Source of the DNA: Cyanophyceae cyanobacterium
GTDB lineage: Bacteria; Cyanobacteriota; Cyanobacteriia; Cyanobacteriales; JBHJGN01
Length of the DNA: 64,000 nt
NCBI GenBank assembly: GCA_050331735.1
Contig: JBHJGN010000018.1
Location: forward strand, 9,021-73,020
Direction of reading: 5' to 3'
Shown: in pieces, positions 29,626 to 38,410 of the stretch
How positions within the stretch are numbered: the stretch's first letter is position 1
Layout of the letters: each line of letters opens with the position of its first letter
Made by a program: the position numbers and the translations under genes
Notes under the pieces: model-generated
Databases searched by the model: none
Told to the model about the DNA's origin: nothing
What the model saw: the letters and a program-made list of their open reading frames with translations, nothing else

Positions 29626-31023
29626 TCATGAAGCCTCGCCCCCAACCGTAACATTCCGAATCCGCAAACTCGGTCCGCCACAGCCGACGGGCAATCCGCT
29701 TTGTCCTCCCTTGCCACAGCCGCCCGATTCGTCCCAGTAGAAGTCGTTACCAATAGCCTCAATGCGATCTAAGGTTTTGAAGACGTTGCCAGAAAGAGTG
29801 ATATCTCGCACGGGTTCAGCAATGCGCCCGTTACGAATCATCCAGGCTTCTCCCGCACTGAAGGTAAACATCTCTCCGTTGGTCATGCCTCCACGCCAGT
29901 TACGAGCGTAAACGCCTTCTTTGATCCCTGCCAGCAAATCGCTCACCGCCGTTGTGCCTCGCCCAATCCAGGTATTGGTCATTCTCACAATTGGCGGATA
30001 GTGGTAGCTGAGGCAACGGGCGTTGCCGGTAGGCTGTTCTCCCAATTTACCAGCGGTTTCGCGGGAGTGTAGTCTCCCAACGAGAATACCGTCTTGAATC
30101 AGTTGAGTTGTGGTGGCAGGAGTGCCTTCATCGTCGTATCGATAACTGCCTCGGTGTCCTGGCGGAGCAGCGCCATCAAAAATCTGGAGCTCCTGGGGTC
30201 CAAACCGTTTTCCCATGCTCATCACTTCCAGAAGCTCCGGGTTCTCGTAAAGCATATCCGCTTCACTAAGATGCCCGAAGGCTTCGTGGACAAATAAGCC
30301 CGTTAAAATTGGGTCAATAACAACGGTGTAGGTGTTGCCCTTAACGATAGGCAAACGGAGAGAATCGACGGCTCGCTGTGCTGCTCCTCTCACTGACTTC
30401 TCTAAACCGATTAGGTCTTCATAGGCTCTGCGGGAGCCTGTGGTTTCTCGCCCGGTTTGAACGGTTTCTCCATCTCGTGCCGTCGCGGAAAAGCGCATTT
30501 CCATATCGACCCAAGCTTGCTCAATCAGCGCGCCGTCTGAAGTGGCCAGCAGCGTTCGCTGGGTGCTGTCGTCGTAGCGGACTGAGGTAGTGGTCACCGC
30601 ATCGCTGTAGCGGCGCAGCAGGTCATTGTAGCGATCGCACAGCGCTTTTTTGTCGGCGAGGGAAACCTGGCGCGGGTCGGTTCCGGTAAGCGGCAGTACG
30701 CAGGATACCTGCACCGGGTCCACCGGGGCCAGGATCGTTTCATCGTCCCCGACAATCCTTGCAGCGGCGATCGCTTCTTCAACCCGTTCGGCTAGAGTGG
30801 AGAGGTCGTTAAAGGTCGCAAAGCCCCAACCGCCTCGGTAGCAAGCTCTCACCTGTCCACCTACCGAAATACTTTCGCTCAAGGTTTCCACGCGATCGCC
30901 CCGCAGCCCGATGCTGGTTCCCTCCGATTCTTCTAAGCGAATGGCGAGATGGTCTACGCGATGACGATAGCGACTGATTAAGTCAGTCAATCTATTGCGA
31001 TGCTCGGCAATGAGGTTTGGCAT
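29626..31023 (-). CDS. tldD: TldD/PmbA-family metalloprotease (TldD type)
   Basis: HEAFGHLSEAD zinc motif, DDEG, PIVRMTNT, GGCGKGGQ. Confidence 0.9.
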   Translation of the reverse strand: MPNLIAEHRNRLTDLISRYRHRVDHLAIRLEESEGTSIGLRGDRVETLSESISVGGQVRACYRGGWGFATFNDLSTLAERVEEAIAAARIVGDDETILAPVDPVQVSCVLPLTGTDPRQVSLADKKALCDRYNDLLRRYSDAVTTTSVRYDDSTQRTLLATSDGALIEQAWVDMEMRFSATARDGETVQTGRETTGSRRAYEDLIGLEKSVRGAAQRAVDSLRLPIVKGNTYTVVIDPILTGLFVHEAFGHLSEADMLYENPELLEVMSMGKRFGPQELQIFDGAAPPGHRGSYRYDDEGTPATTTQLIQDGILVGRLHSRETAGKLGEQPTGNARCLSYHYPPIVRMTNTWIGRGTTAVSDLLAGIKEGVYARNWRGGMTNGEMFTFSAGEAWMIRNGRIAEPVRDITLSGNVFKTLDRIEAIGNDFYWDESGGCGKGGQSGLPVGCGGPSLRIRNVTVGGEAS

Positions 31024-31055
31024 AGTAAACAGAGTGCCACATATTTTTAGCACTC

Positions 31056-31838
31056 TCAGTTTAAGTGGGCACTGACATGAGCAGGCTGTCGCTCACCGTG
31101 TCTTTCCACCCAGAATGGCTGTTGTCGGCGTTGAGAGGACGGCTGAGGACAGGTCATGTTGTTAAAGTCGCACTGAAAGATATAGGGCTTTTGCCAGCTC
31201 AAGGGAATTTCCAGAAGGTCTCTAGCCCCAGTGAACCCTTGCCCGAGAAAGAGCAGCAGAGCCACGCAGTTCAGAACAATATGAGCCGTGCGCCAGCGGT
31301 TCTGCCGATCCTGATAAATATCTTCGACAATTGCCACCGAGAAGAGCATCAGCAGAGCCGCAGCAATGCCAAAATAGTAATGGGACACCCACCATTCATT
31401 GGTGCGCCGAAACACGCCATCCTGGCAGCCTAAGACTATCAGGCCCATGCCGGTTAGGGTGGCAAAGATTCCCTTCCACAGCTTCTGCTGCGCTCGCAGC
31501 AAAAATACTAAAGAGGCCACCGTCAGCGCCCAGATGAGGCCGATAAATATCACCTGCACAGGACGGCTCTGCCAAACCTGCTCAGTGATAATGTGGTAGC
31601 TAATTGGATAGGTTAGTCCTAGGAGAGCCACGCCGACAACGGCTGCCGTCAGCCAGTGTCCAATTTGAACGTGTTCCCGTCCGACCACTGGAGGGATTTT
31701 GCTTTTCTCTTTACTAGCAACTTTGAGGCGGCGCTGGCGCGTCTGCCAGGCATAGTGGGTGACAATGCCAATCAGGGGAAAGGCAAACACCACGGCCAGG
31801 GTGGGGTGAATCAGAGCAGCAAGATCTGAAGCAGTCAT
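31056..31838 (-). CDS. DUF4079-like membrane protein (possibly heme-binding, cytochrome b561-like)
   Basis: IHP, EHVQIG, SHYYFG, AHIVLN...GQGFTGARDLLEIP with six TM segments. Confidence 0.75.
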   Translation of the reverse strand: MTASDLAALIHPTLAVVFAFPLIGIVTHYAWQTRQRRLKVASKEKSKIPPVVGREHVQIGHWLTAAVVGVALLGLTYPISYHIITEQVWQSRPVQVIFIGLIWALTVASLVFLLRAQQKLWKGIFATLTGMGLIVLGCQDGVFRRTNEWWVSHYYFGIAAALLMLFSVAIVEDIYQDRQNRWRTAHIVLNCVALLLFLGQGFTGARDLLEIPLSWQKPYIFQCDFNNMTCPQPSSQRRQQPFWVERHGERQPAHVSAHLN

Positions 31839-31857
31839 ATCAGTTATCAGGTATTAG

Positions 31858-34125
31858 TTAAGTTTGAGAGACCGAAATGGCGTTGGTTTTTGGATGACGG
31901 TCAAAAATAACTCTGGGTTTAAATAACACCTTGAGCAGCAGCCATAGAGACTGAAGTTCTCCAGGAATTTTCCGTCGCTGCCACTGTCCGGGACGACAGA
32001 ATAGAAGCCGGATTAGCTGCCGCTGCTGGGGCAGTGTCAGGGGCTCAAACGCGACGCGGACGGTGGGAAACTGGCCCCGGAAGGCTGAGTCAACAATTTG
32101 TCCGTCGAGAGTGAGCTGTTCTTCTAGCAGCGTGATTTTTACCGGTAAGGTTTCTCCTGAACTCAGAGGCGGTAGACCAGCCTGAGTGAGCTCGATCTCT
32201 GCTCCCACTTCCGAAATTTGGGTCGTTACTCCCCAAAACTCTCTTGGGGATTCAGCTCTAAGGCGAATCTGTACGAGCCGCCGCAGAGCAAACCATTCAT
32301 GGAGATCGGGTTTGGGTACGTCGATTAAGATGAGCAGGGCGGCGCCAAGAATGAGCAGATTATAGGTACTCCAGATCCAGCCAATGCTGATGCCCCTCAT
32401 CTGAGCGGCGGGCATACCGTGCATTTCGGCAACGGCGCCGGCACACAGATTCATCCACAGGCTCACTGCCGTAAAGATGAACAGCATCAGCAGGGGCCAA
32501 GCCAAGCCCCAGTTGAAGAAATAGCGATCGCTTTTGGTGCCTTTCGGCGTGACTTTAAATCCTTTCGAAAAAGGACGCAGCATCGCTTGGCTGACCGTGA
32601 GCGCTAAGGGAAACGTCAGCACTAAGCCGTAAACTCCTGATAGAATAGCCGAGCGAGAGCGCTCGTTGAGCCAGGAAAAGACGAGCAGTTGCGTAAGGTA
32701 ATAGGGCAGGAAAAAGTACAGCACTTCCGGCACCGTTGCCCGCAACGGGATAATGGCTAGAAAGGCATAGGCTAACGGCATCAACAGAAAAGCGACGTTG
32801 GCAATGCTGGTAAACCAGTGCAGTAATCCTTCTAAATGAGCGAGTCGCTGAAGGAAGTTCAGCCCCGGAATCGTGAGGGGATTAGACTGAATAAAGAAGG
32901 CCTGGAGCGTTCCTCTCGACCAGCGCAGACGCTGAGTGGCATGGGCTGCAATGTTCTCTGCGGCTAATCCGGCACTGAGCTTTTCATCTAAATAAACGAG
33001 GCGAAATCCTTGGGCCGACAGGCGAATTCCGGTAAAATAGTCTTCGCTCAAAGAATCGGTGACAAAGCCGCCAATGGTTTCTAGGGCACACCGTCTGACC
33101 ACAAAGGACGTTCCTGAACAGACGACGCTTCCCGCTCCATCTTTGATGGGTTCTAGCTGTCGATAGAATACTTCTTCTTCGGGAGTGAGAACATCTTCTA
33201 AGCCGAGGTTACGAGCGATGGGGTCTGTATTGTAGAAGCTCTGCGGTGTTTGCACCAGAGCCACGTTCCGGTCTTGAAAAAAGCCCAAGGTGCGTTGGAG
33301 AAAGTTTTGCGTTGGCACAAAATCGGCATCGAAGACAGTAATAAACTCGCCCTGGGTGAGAGGAATGGCATGGTTTAAGTTGCCAGCTTTGGCATGGCGG
33401 TTATCGGGGCGCGTCAGATACTCACAGCCTAACTCTGCGGCTAGCTGAGCGATTTCCGGTCGTCGAGTATCGTCGAGTAAGTAAACCGTTTTTGGCTCGT
33501 ATTCAATGGCCTGGGCTCCAATGACGGTGCGCCGCAGAATAAACGCCGGCTCATCGTAGGTGGGAATGAGAATATCCACTGTCGGATTGAAGCTGCCGTC
33601 GGCTACCTGTACCGCCACCTGCTCCGTCTCTCGACGGCGATCCTTAACGTTCAGCATCAAAAACAACTGCAATCCACTACTAAACAGCACCAATAGCTCT
33701 AGAGCAAATAGGCCTAAGCTAAAAATGCCGTTGAGCGGATCGCTTAAATTGAGAGTCGATAAGGAGCGCCACAGCAGGTAGCGAATCAGTAAAATCAGCA
33801 GAATGACCACAATTAACGTCCGCGACCACAGACGAGGCTGTGGCGAAACCCTCATCACCCAGAGGGACAGCAGAAACAGCACCACGGTCGGAGCAAGCAG
33901 AAATTCTGTCATTGCCGTGGGGACTTCTATCCACATGGGCGGATTCTCTTGAAGCCGATTAAGATAGGCAAACACTGTCTCTATTTCCCCGACCCCAGCA
34001 ACCCAAAGCCCCACTATGAGTGCACAGCTAACGACAATCCCGAGTAAAACCAGGGTTGCCAGTCGAGGCTGAAAGGTTAGAGAGCGCGGGGATGAAGTTT
34101 TTGAGCTCAGATTAGTCGTTTCCAT
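31858..34125 (-). CDS. bcsA: Cellulose-synthase-like processive GT2 with a degenerate PilZ-like C-terminus
   Basis: LLDD, HAKAGNLN, FDADF, QTPQ, SEDY, QRLRW, gating loop FKVTPKG. Confidence 0.85.
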   Translation of the reverse strand: METTNLSSKTSSPRSLTFQPRLATLVLLGIVVSCALIVGLWVAGVGEIETVFAYLNRLQENPPMWIEVPTAMTEFLLAPTVVLFLLSLWVMRVSPQPRLWSRTLIVVILLILLIRYLLWRSLSTLNLSDPLNGIFSLGLFALELLVLFSSGLQLFLMLNVKDRRRETEQVAVQVADGSFNPTVDILIPTYDEPAFILRRTVIGAQAIEYEPKTVYLLDDTRRPEIAQLAAELGCEYLTRPDNRHAKAGNLNHAIPLTQGEFITVFDADFVPTQNFLQRTLGFFQDRNVALVQTPQSFYNTDPIARNLGLEDVLTPEEEVFYRQLEPIKDGAGSVVCSGTSFVVRRCALETIGGFVTDSLSEDYFTGIRLSAQGFRLVYLDEKLSAGLAAENIAAHATQRLRWSRGTLQAFFIQSNPLTIPGLNFLQRLAHLEGLLHWFTSIANVAFLLMPLAYAFLAIIPLRATVPEVLYFFLPYYLTQLLVFSWLNERSRSAILSGVYGLVLTFPLALTVSQAMLRPFSKGFKVTPKGTKSDRYFFNWGLAWPLLMLFIFTAVSLWMNLCAGAVAEMHGMPAAQMRGISIGWIWSTYNLLILGAALLILIDVPKPDLHEWFALRRLVQIRLRAESPREFWGVTTQISEVGAEIELTQAGLPPLSSGETLPVKITLLEEQLTLDGQIVDSAFRGQFPTVRVAFEPLTLPQQRQLIRLLFCRPGQWQRRKIPGELQSLWLLLKVLFKPRVIFDRHPKTNAISVSQT

Positions 34126-34661
34126 AAATAGACTTTTCTACCTCAATCGATTTTTGCAGTGTAAAGGGAAAGAATTCCCCATTCCTGCTTGGGGTGATTT
34201 AGTGATACTGAAGCTCAACTGGAGAAGCAACGCTGTCGCTCTTGTGAAGGACAAGCTATTTTCAAGCCCATCATAGATGATAAAGGGACGCTAGTAGCCG
34301 AAGTAGTTGCTTGCAATACCAAAAACACGCACGAGCTACAGTGCAGAAGCGGCTGAAGTAACCGCCCTGTCAAGAGTGGCAAAGCTTTTATCGTTGCCGC
34401 TAACGCTATGCCTAGTGATAGCAAAGCAAACGGGCTCTTAAATGAGAATAAGATTAGAAGATGGGCAGAGTCAGTGGCAATCGGGCCCGACTCTTTGAAA
34501 GCTTGATAGAGAGACAACTTTTTCTAGCATTGTTGCCATGCCACGCTTTGCTCGCGTTAGCAACTCGCGCGGTCACTAAGAGCTAATTTAAGATATTGTT
34601 AAAAGGCGATCGCCTCAGTTTCCTGCGCTTGAAACCGGACGATCACCAGCACGAGGCCTTT

Positions 34662-34919
34662 CTACACTGGCTTTCCCGCCGCCACCCAAGCGTCAGGAGT
34701 ATAGGTTTTCAACGCAAGAGCATGAATAGTCTCGCTGGCTAACGCCTGTTGTAAAGCCCCATAAACAAGCTGATGCTGCTGGACTCTCGTTTTGCCCTCA
34801 AACTCAGCAGAGACGACGATGGCTTCAAGATGATCGCCTCCTTTAAGATCTCTAACGACGACTTGAGCATCGGGTAGCTGCTCGCTAATCATTGATTCAA
34901 CCTGTTTCAGGCTGAGCAT
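34662..34919 (-). CDS. bolA: BolA-family protein
   Basis: [26 protein letters not shown]...IHALALKT. Confidence 0.92.
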   Translation of the reverse strand: MLSLKQVESMISEQLPDAQVVVRDLKGGDHLEAIVVSAEFEGKTRVQQHQLVYGALQQALASETIHALALKTYTPDAWVAAGKPV

Positions 34920-34982
34920 GGTTCCCCCTCAGTTACTAACGGTTCCTTATCTATTGTGACCCATCCCAGCCAGCAGCGCTGT

Positions 34983-35567
34983 CTAACTCCCTGATGTAGA
35001 GTAGGGAGAGTCAACAAACCCTAGTTCGTAGAGCTGTTGGTAAGATTTTTTACCCAGTTCACTCGTGGGGTTTTGGGAGCGAATGACCTGAATCAGTAAC
35101 GGAACGGCTAATTCTGGCTGCTCTTGCGCTCGGTGCACTAAAGCGAGCTTGTAGGTTGCCTCATCGCGCATCTGGCCCGTTTGGGCAGCAGATTGCCTTT
35201 GCGCTTCATAAATTCGGTTTTCGATGCCCGAAAAACTGTTGGCAAGCTGGAGATGAAAATTGGTTAGCTGATTAAAAACTTGGCGAGCTTTCTGAAGTTT
35301 ACTGGCTGCTAGCTGATACTCTTGGGAATTAATCGCGACTTCGGCTTCTGTCATGAGCCGTTCCCCGCCCTGTAAACTGAGTAGGCTGTCTGTCTGAGAC
35401 GGGGCACGAAGATTATTCGGATCGCTGAGATCTTCTGTTGGCAGCTCCTCTGAAGGGGAAACTTCTGGAGGCTCTTCAAGGGACGGGACTTCTTGCGCCT
35501 GAAGCGACGGCATGACGGCCAAAGCCAACAGCGGCGGCAATAAAAAACGAAATGTTACGGGCAGCAT
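34983..35567 (-). CDS. Conserved cyanobacterial exported helical (TPR-like) protein
   Basis: Signal peptide; 'RDEATYKLALVHRAQ.QPELAVPLLIQVIRSQNPT..LG..SYQQLYELGFV'. Confidence 0.75.
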   Translation of the reverse strand: MLPVTFRFLLPPLLALAVMPSLQAQEVPSLEEPPEVSPSEELPTEDLSDPNNLRAPSQTDSLLSLQGGERLMTEAEVAINSQEYQLAASKLQKARQVFNQLTNFHLQLANSFSGIENRIYEAQRQSAAQTGQMRDEATYKLALVHRAQEQPELAVPLLIQVIRSQNPTSELGKKSYQQLYELGFVDSPYSTSGS

Positions 35568-35698
35568 AACATGACTCTTATTTAAATAAGCAGGACAATC
35601 GAATTTGACTTCAGGTATCCTAGCACTTGTTCCCTCTTTTTTCGTGGTGAATCCGCCACTTTTTCCGCTCCTGCGCTGATAGAGTCGGTTGGGCTACA

Positions 35699-35740
35699 CT
35701 CGAGGCAGCACCCGGAACTGATTCCAGGTGCTGCCTCGAG
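35699..35740 (-). terminator. Strong 19-bp stem-loop downstream of the 35791-36672 gene
   Basis: CTCGAGGCAGCACCTGGAA-TCAG-TTCCGGGTGCTGCCTCGAG on the minus strand, fully paired with one U-G pair; no U-tract. Confidence 0.5.
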
Positions 35741-35790
35741 CAAGCAGAAGATGAACTCGTTCCTGCCAAATTTAGCAGTTGCAAGAGCCG

Positions 35791-36672
35791 TTAAAACTGG
35801 CTTCTTCTCAGTTCAGCAGCGCTCTGAGCCTTCCGCAGGCGCTTTAGCATTTTGCGCTGTTGTCTGTTCTGTTGCCGGGTCTGCTGTTCGAGTTTTTCTT
35901 GAACGTCTTTGTCAGCGCTGGTCAACTCAAAGTACTTGTCCAAGCCACTAGCTAAACTTTGGCTGGGAAGGGACGGAAGCTCGACGGTGATGGCTAAAGT
36001 CCCGAAGCTACCGATCATCGGTGTGATATCAGAAATCGTGTCAGAGTAGTTTCTCGTGGCAATTAACAGTTCATTTCGGGGATTTTCAGGCAGATTAGAG
36101 GCAAGCCGGGGATTCCCGAAGTCGCTGAGCTGAGTTGAAGAAAAGATATCTCTGCCTGTGCTTCTAGAGAGCCGAGAAGCTTGCGGTCTTCTCGCTTCAA
36201 ATTCAGGCCTTCTGATGGTGATATAGTTTCTTCTGCGAGGACCGCTGGTGGGCTGAAAGTCATAAACGCCTCTGAAAATTTGCGAATATTCCACCTGCGG
36301 CAGGATAGGAACGTAAGCTTCGCCAGCAGAAACTGAACCGCTGATTTGTAGCTGACTGAGGGAATCAAGCAACCCATCGAAATAGGAAGTTGTTCCACTA
36401 TCCTCCTGAAGCATTGCTAGACTCAACTGCTGGAGCTGATCGACCTCTGTTACAGGATCTACAATGTTTGAAATGATCGCTGCAAGTTCTGGATCGAGCT
36501 CGAGCAAAGCCGCGGGTTCCAGTGCCTCGTAGTCTTCCGGGTAAATTGAAAACTGCTCAGTTGACCAGAAATCTGCTTCGCCTTTCATCGCAGCTCCATA
36601 GGCCAGTGGGCTGAAGAGACAAGGCAGTAGTGCAATCGTGATTCTTAAAGCGGATTTGATCTGGTTAAGCAT
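35791..36672 (-). CDS. Hypothetical secreted protein
   Basis: 293-aa ORF, signal peptide ending ...PLAYG/A, basic Gln-rich helical C-terminus. Confidence 0.65.
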   Translation of the reverse strand: MLNQIKSALRITIALLPCLFSPLAYGAAMKGEADFWSTEQFSIYPEDYEALEPAALLELDPELAAIISNIVDPVTEVDQLQQLSLAMLQEDSGTTSYFDGLLDSLSQLQISGSVSAGEAYVPILPQVEYSQIFRGVYDFQPTSGPRRRNYITIRRPEFEARRPQASRLSRSTGRDIFSSTQLSDFGNPRLASNLPENPRNELLIATRNYSDTISDITPMIGSFGTLAITVELPSLPSQSLASGLDKYFELTSADKDVQEKLEQQTRQQNRQQRKMLKRLRKAQSAAELRRSQF

Positions 36673-36940
36673 TACGAGTCTGAGCGGGTTCGGGTTGACG
36701 GTGGCGCTGAACGAGCAACATCTGTGCTGCTATTCTAGCCTCTGATACTCATCTCGTTAGCAAATTGCTCTGAAAAATCGGCAAACTTTGTCAAAACTTT
36801 AAAAACCTTATGATCGGGAAAGGGAAAAAGAGAATTCACGATTCCGTCTTGGCCCATTCCGTCGGGGTTGGCTTTCCTCTGTCAACTGTCCCTCAACGGC
36901 CACAATCAGCCGCAGGAAGAGGTAAGAAAGCTCACCTGAT

Positions 36941-38263
36941 TCATCTTGTCGTCGTGGTGTTCTGGCTCAGGGCTGCTTGAGGAAGCTGGTCGCTGACGGC
37001 TCGAGCAATGCGACGAGCGGCTCCCGGTTGACCTCTGGTAGCGAGGAGGCGATCGCGCATAGCTTGGAGCTGATGGGGATTCTCCAAGAGCTCTAGAACC
37101 TGTCGGGCGATGTCCTGGGGCCGAAGCTCCCCCACCAGTTCCGGGACAATTTCGGAGTTGGCCCAAATATTCGGCCAGGCGAACAAGCGTCCTTGCTTCA
37201 GCACCATTCGATTAATCAGTTTTGCCCACGCAGACCCCAAACCTGGTAGACTCGCGAGCATCCCGGGGAGCCCGTCCCAAGAACGCATCGCGTCTAGCTG
37301 ATACGTGGGCAGCAAAACCAGCATCGGGATGCCTAACGCTCCCAGTTCAGCCGTATTCGCGCCGACGGTCGTGATGCAAAGACAGCACTGCATCAACAGT
37401 CTAGTGGCGGGAAATTGAGTGGCGAGCTGGATGGAGACTCCATTCGCTAGCTGGAAATAGGCTGGTTGGTCAGGCTCCGTCGGCACGACCAGAGTAGCTT
37501 TGCTGCTTCCGATACGGGATACCACCGGGTTGTGCTGGGGGTCAGCAAATCGAGCCAGGGTGGGAAGATCGATAGTGGGGGCGACAGGAATGAAAAATTG
37601 AGCTTGAGGGCGACGAGCCTGAATCTGCTCGGCGATCGCCAAGCTGAGAGGAACTCCCTGAGCTAGTTTGGCGGCTTTCGAGCCCGGTAAAAGCCCAATC
37701 CGTTCTGCTGGCGGGGAGGAAGGTTGCTCAAAGCGGCCTGTTGATTCGGCGTTGGCCATCAGATCGCCAACGACCACCATTTTCTGGCGATACCGAGGAG
37801 GAACTTTGGCAATGACCTGCGGAACGGTGACGCAAAATTGGTCGATCCACCTCACCCAACGAGCCTCCCATTCTGCATAGACAACGGTCGCATAGCCCAA
37901 GCGGTGACCGATGACGAGGGTATAGAACTGGTCACCGCCGAGAAACACGACCCCCCCTTGCGGTCGCCAGTCCCACCCAGGAAGATCGATCTGCCCTGTC
38001 AACAGAAAGCGGAAAAAATGCCGGCTCTCCAGCACCCGGTCAACTTCTCGATAGTGGCGGGCGATCGCTGCCTCTTTCCCGGTGGCGTGGGGACAGGGAG
38101 AGAAAATGACGGAGATTCTTGTTTGGGAGCGGTCCTGGCCCAATTGCTCCCTGAGAGCCTGTACTACCGGACGCACCCACGTAGTCACTTCCCCCGGACC
38201 ATTAGAAAGGATTAAGATATCGACGGGCGGAACGTTATTTACCATTTTTGGGTTCCATCTCAA
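36941..38263 (-). CDS. Lipid-A-disaccharide synthase (LpxB)-related protein
   Basis: ILILSNGPGE, FLGGDQF, IGLLPGSK, TTVGANTAELG, AWPNIWA..EIVPEL; exact start uncertain. Confidence 0.8.
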   Translation of the reverse strand: MRWNPKMVNNVPPVDILILSNGPGEVTTWVRPVVQALREQLGQDRSQTRISVIFSPCPHATGKEAAIARHYREVDRVLESRHFFRFLLTGQIDLPGWDWRPQGGVVFLGGDQFYTLVIGHRLGYATVVYAEWEARWVRWIDQFCVTVPQVIAKVPPRYRQKMVVVGDLMANAESTGRFEQPSSPPAERIGLLPGSKAAKLAQGVPLSLAIAEQIQARRPQAQFFIPVAPTIDLPTLARFADPQHNPVVSRIGSSKATLVVPTEPDQPAYFQLANGVSIQLATQFPATRLLMQCCLCITTVGANTAELGALGIPMLVLLPTYQLDAMRSWDGLPGMLASLPGLGSAWAKLINRMVLKQGRLFAWPNIWANSEIVPELVGELRPQDIARQVLELLENPHQLQAMRDRLLATRGQPGAARRIARAVSDQLPQAALSQNTTTTR

Positions 38264-38268
38264 TCTGT

Positions 38269-38397
38269 AGCGCCACAGGCGCGGGAAAAGGGAAAGCGCC
38301 TGTGGCGCAGGGGAAAGGGGAAAATGATTAAACTTGTTCCTTAGCCCGGTATTATTTCCCGTCCCGAGAGGGACAAGTTTCCCTTTCCCCCTTCCCC
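38269..38397. repeat. Heptamer/hairpin array (copy 4)
   Basis: GCGCCACAGGCGC at 38270, GCGCCTGTGGCGC at 38296, GGGGAAA tracts then TTTCCCC tracts; core CCCGTCCCG..GGACAA is the inverse of the core at ~14105-14125. Confidence 0.8.
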
Positions 38398-38410
38398 ATC
38401 GCGAAGGCGA

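Noticed and set aside
34215..34517. 100-aa minus-strand ORF between bcsA-like and bolA
   Set aside because: TTG start, no family motif recognised; not supportable as a CDS
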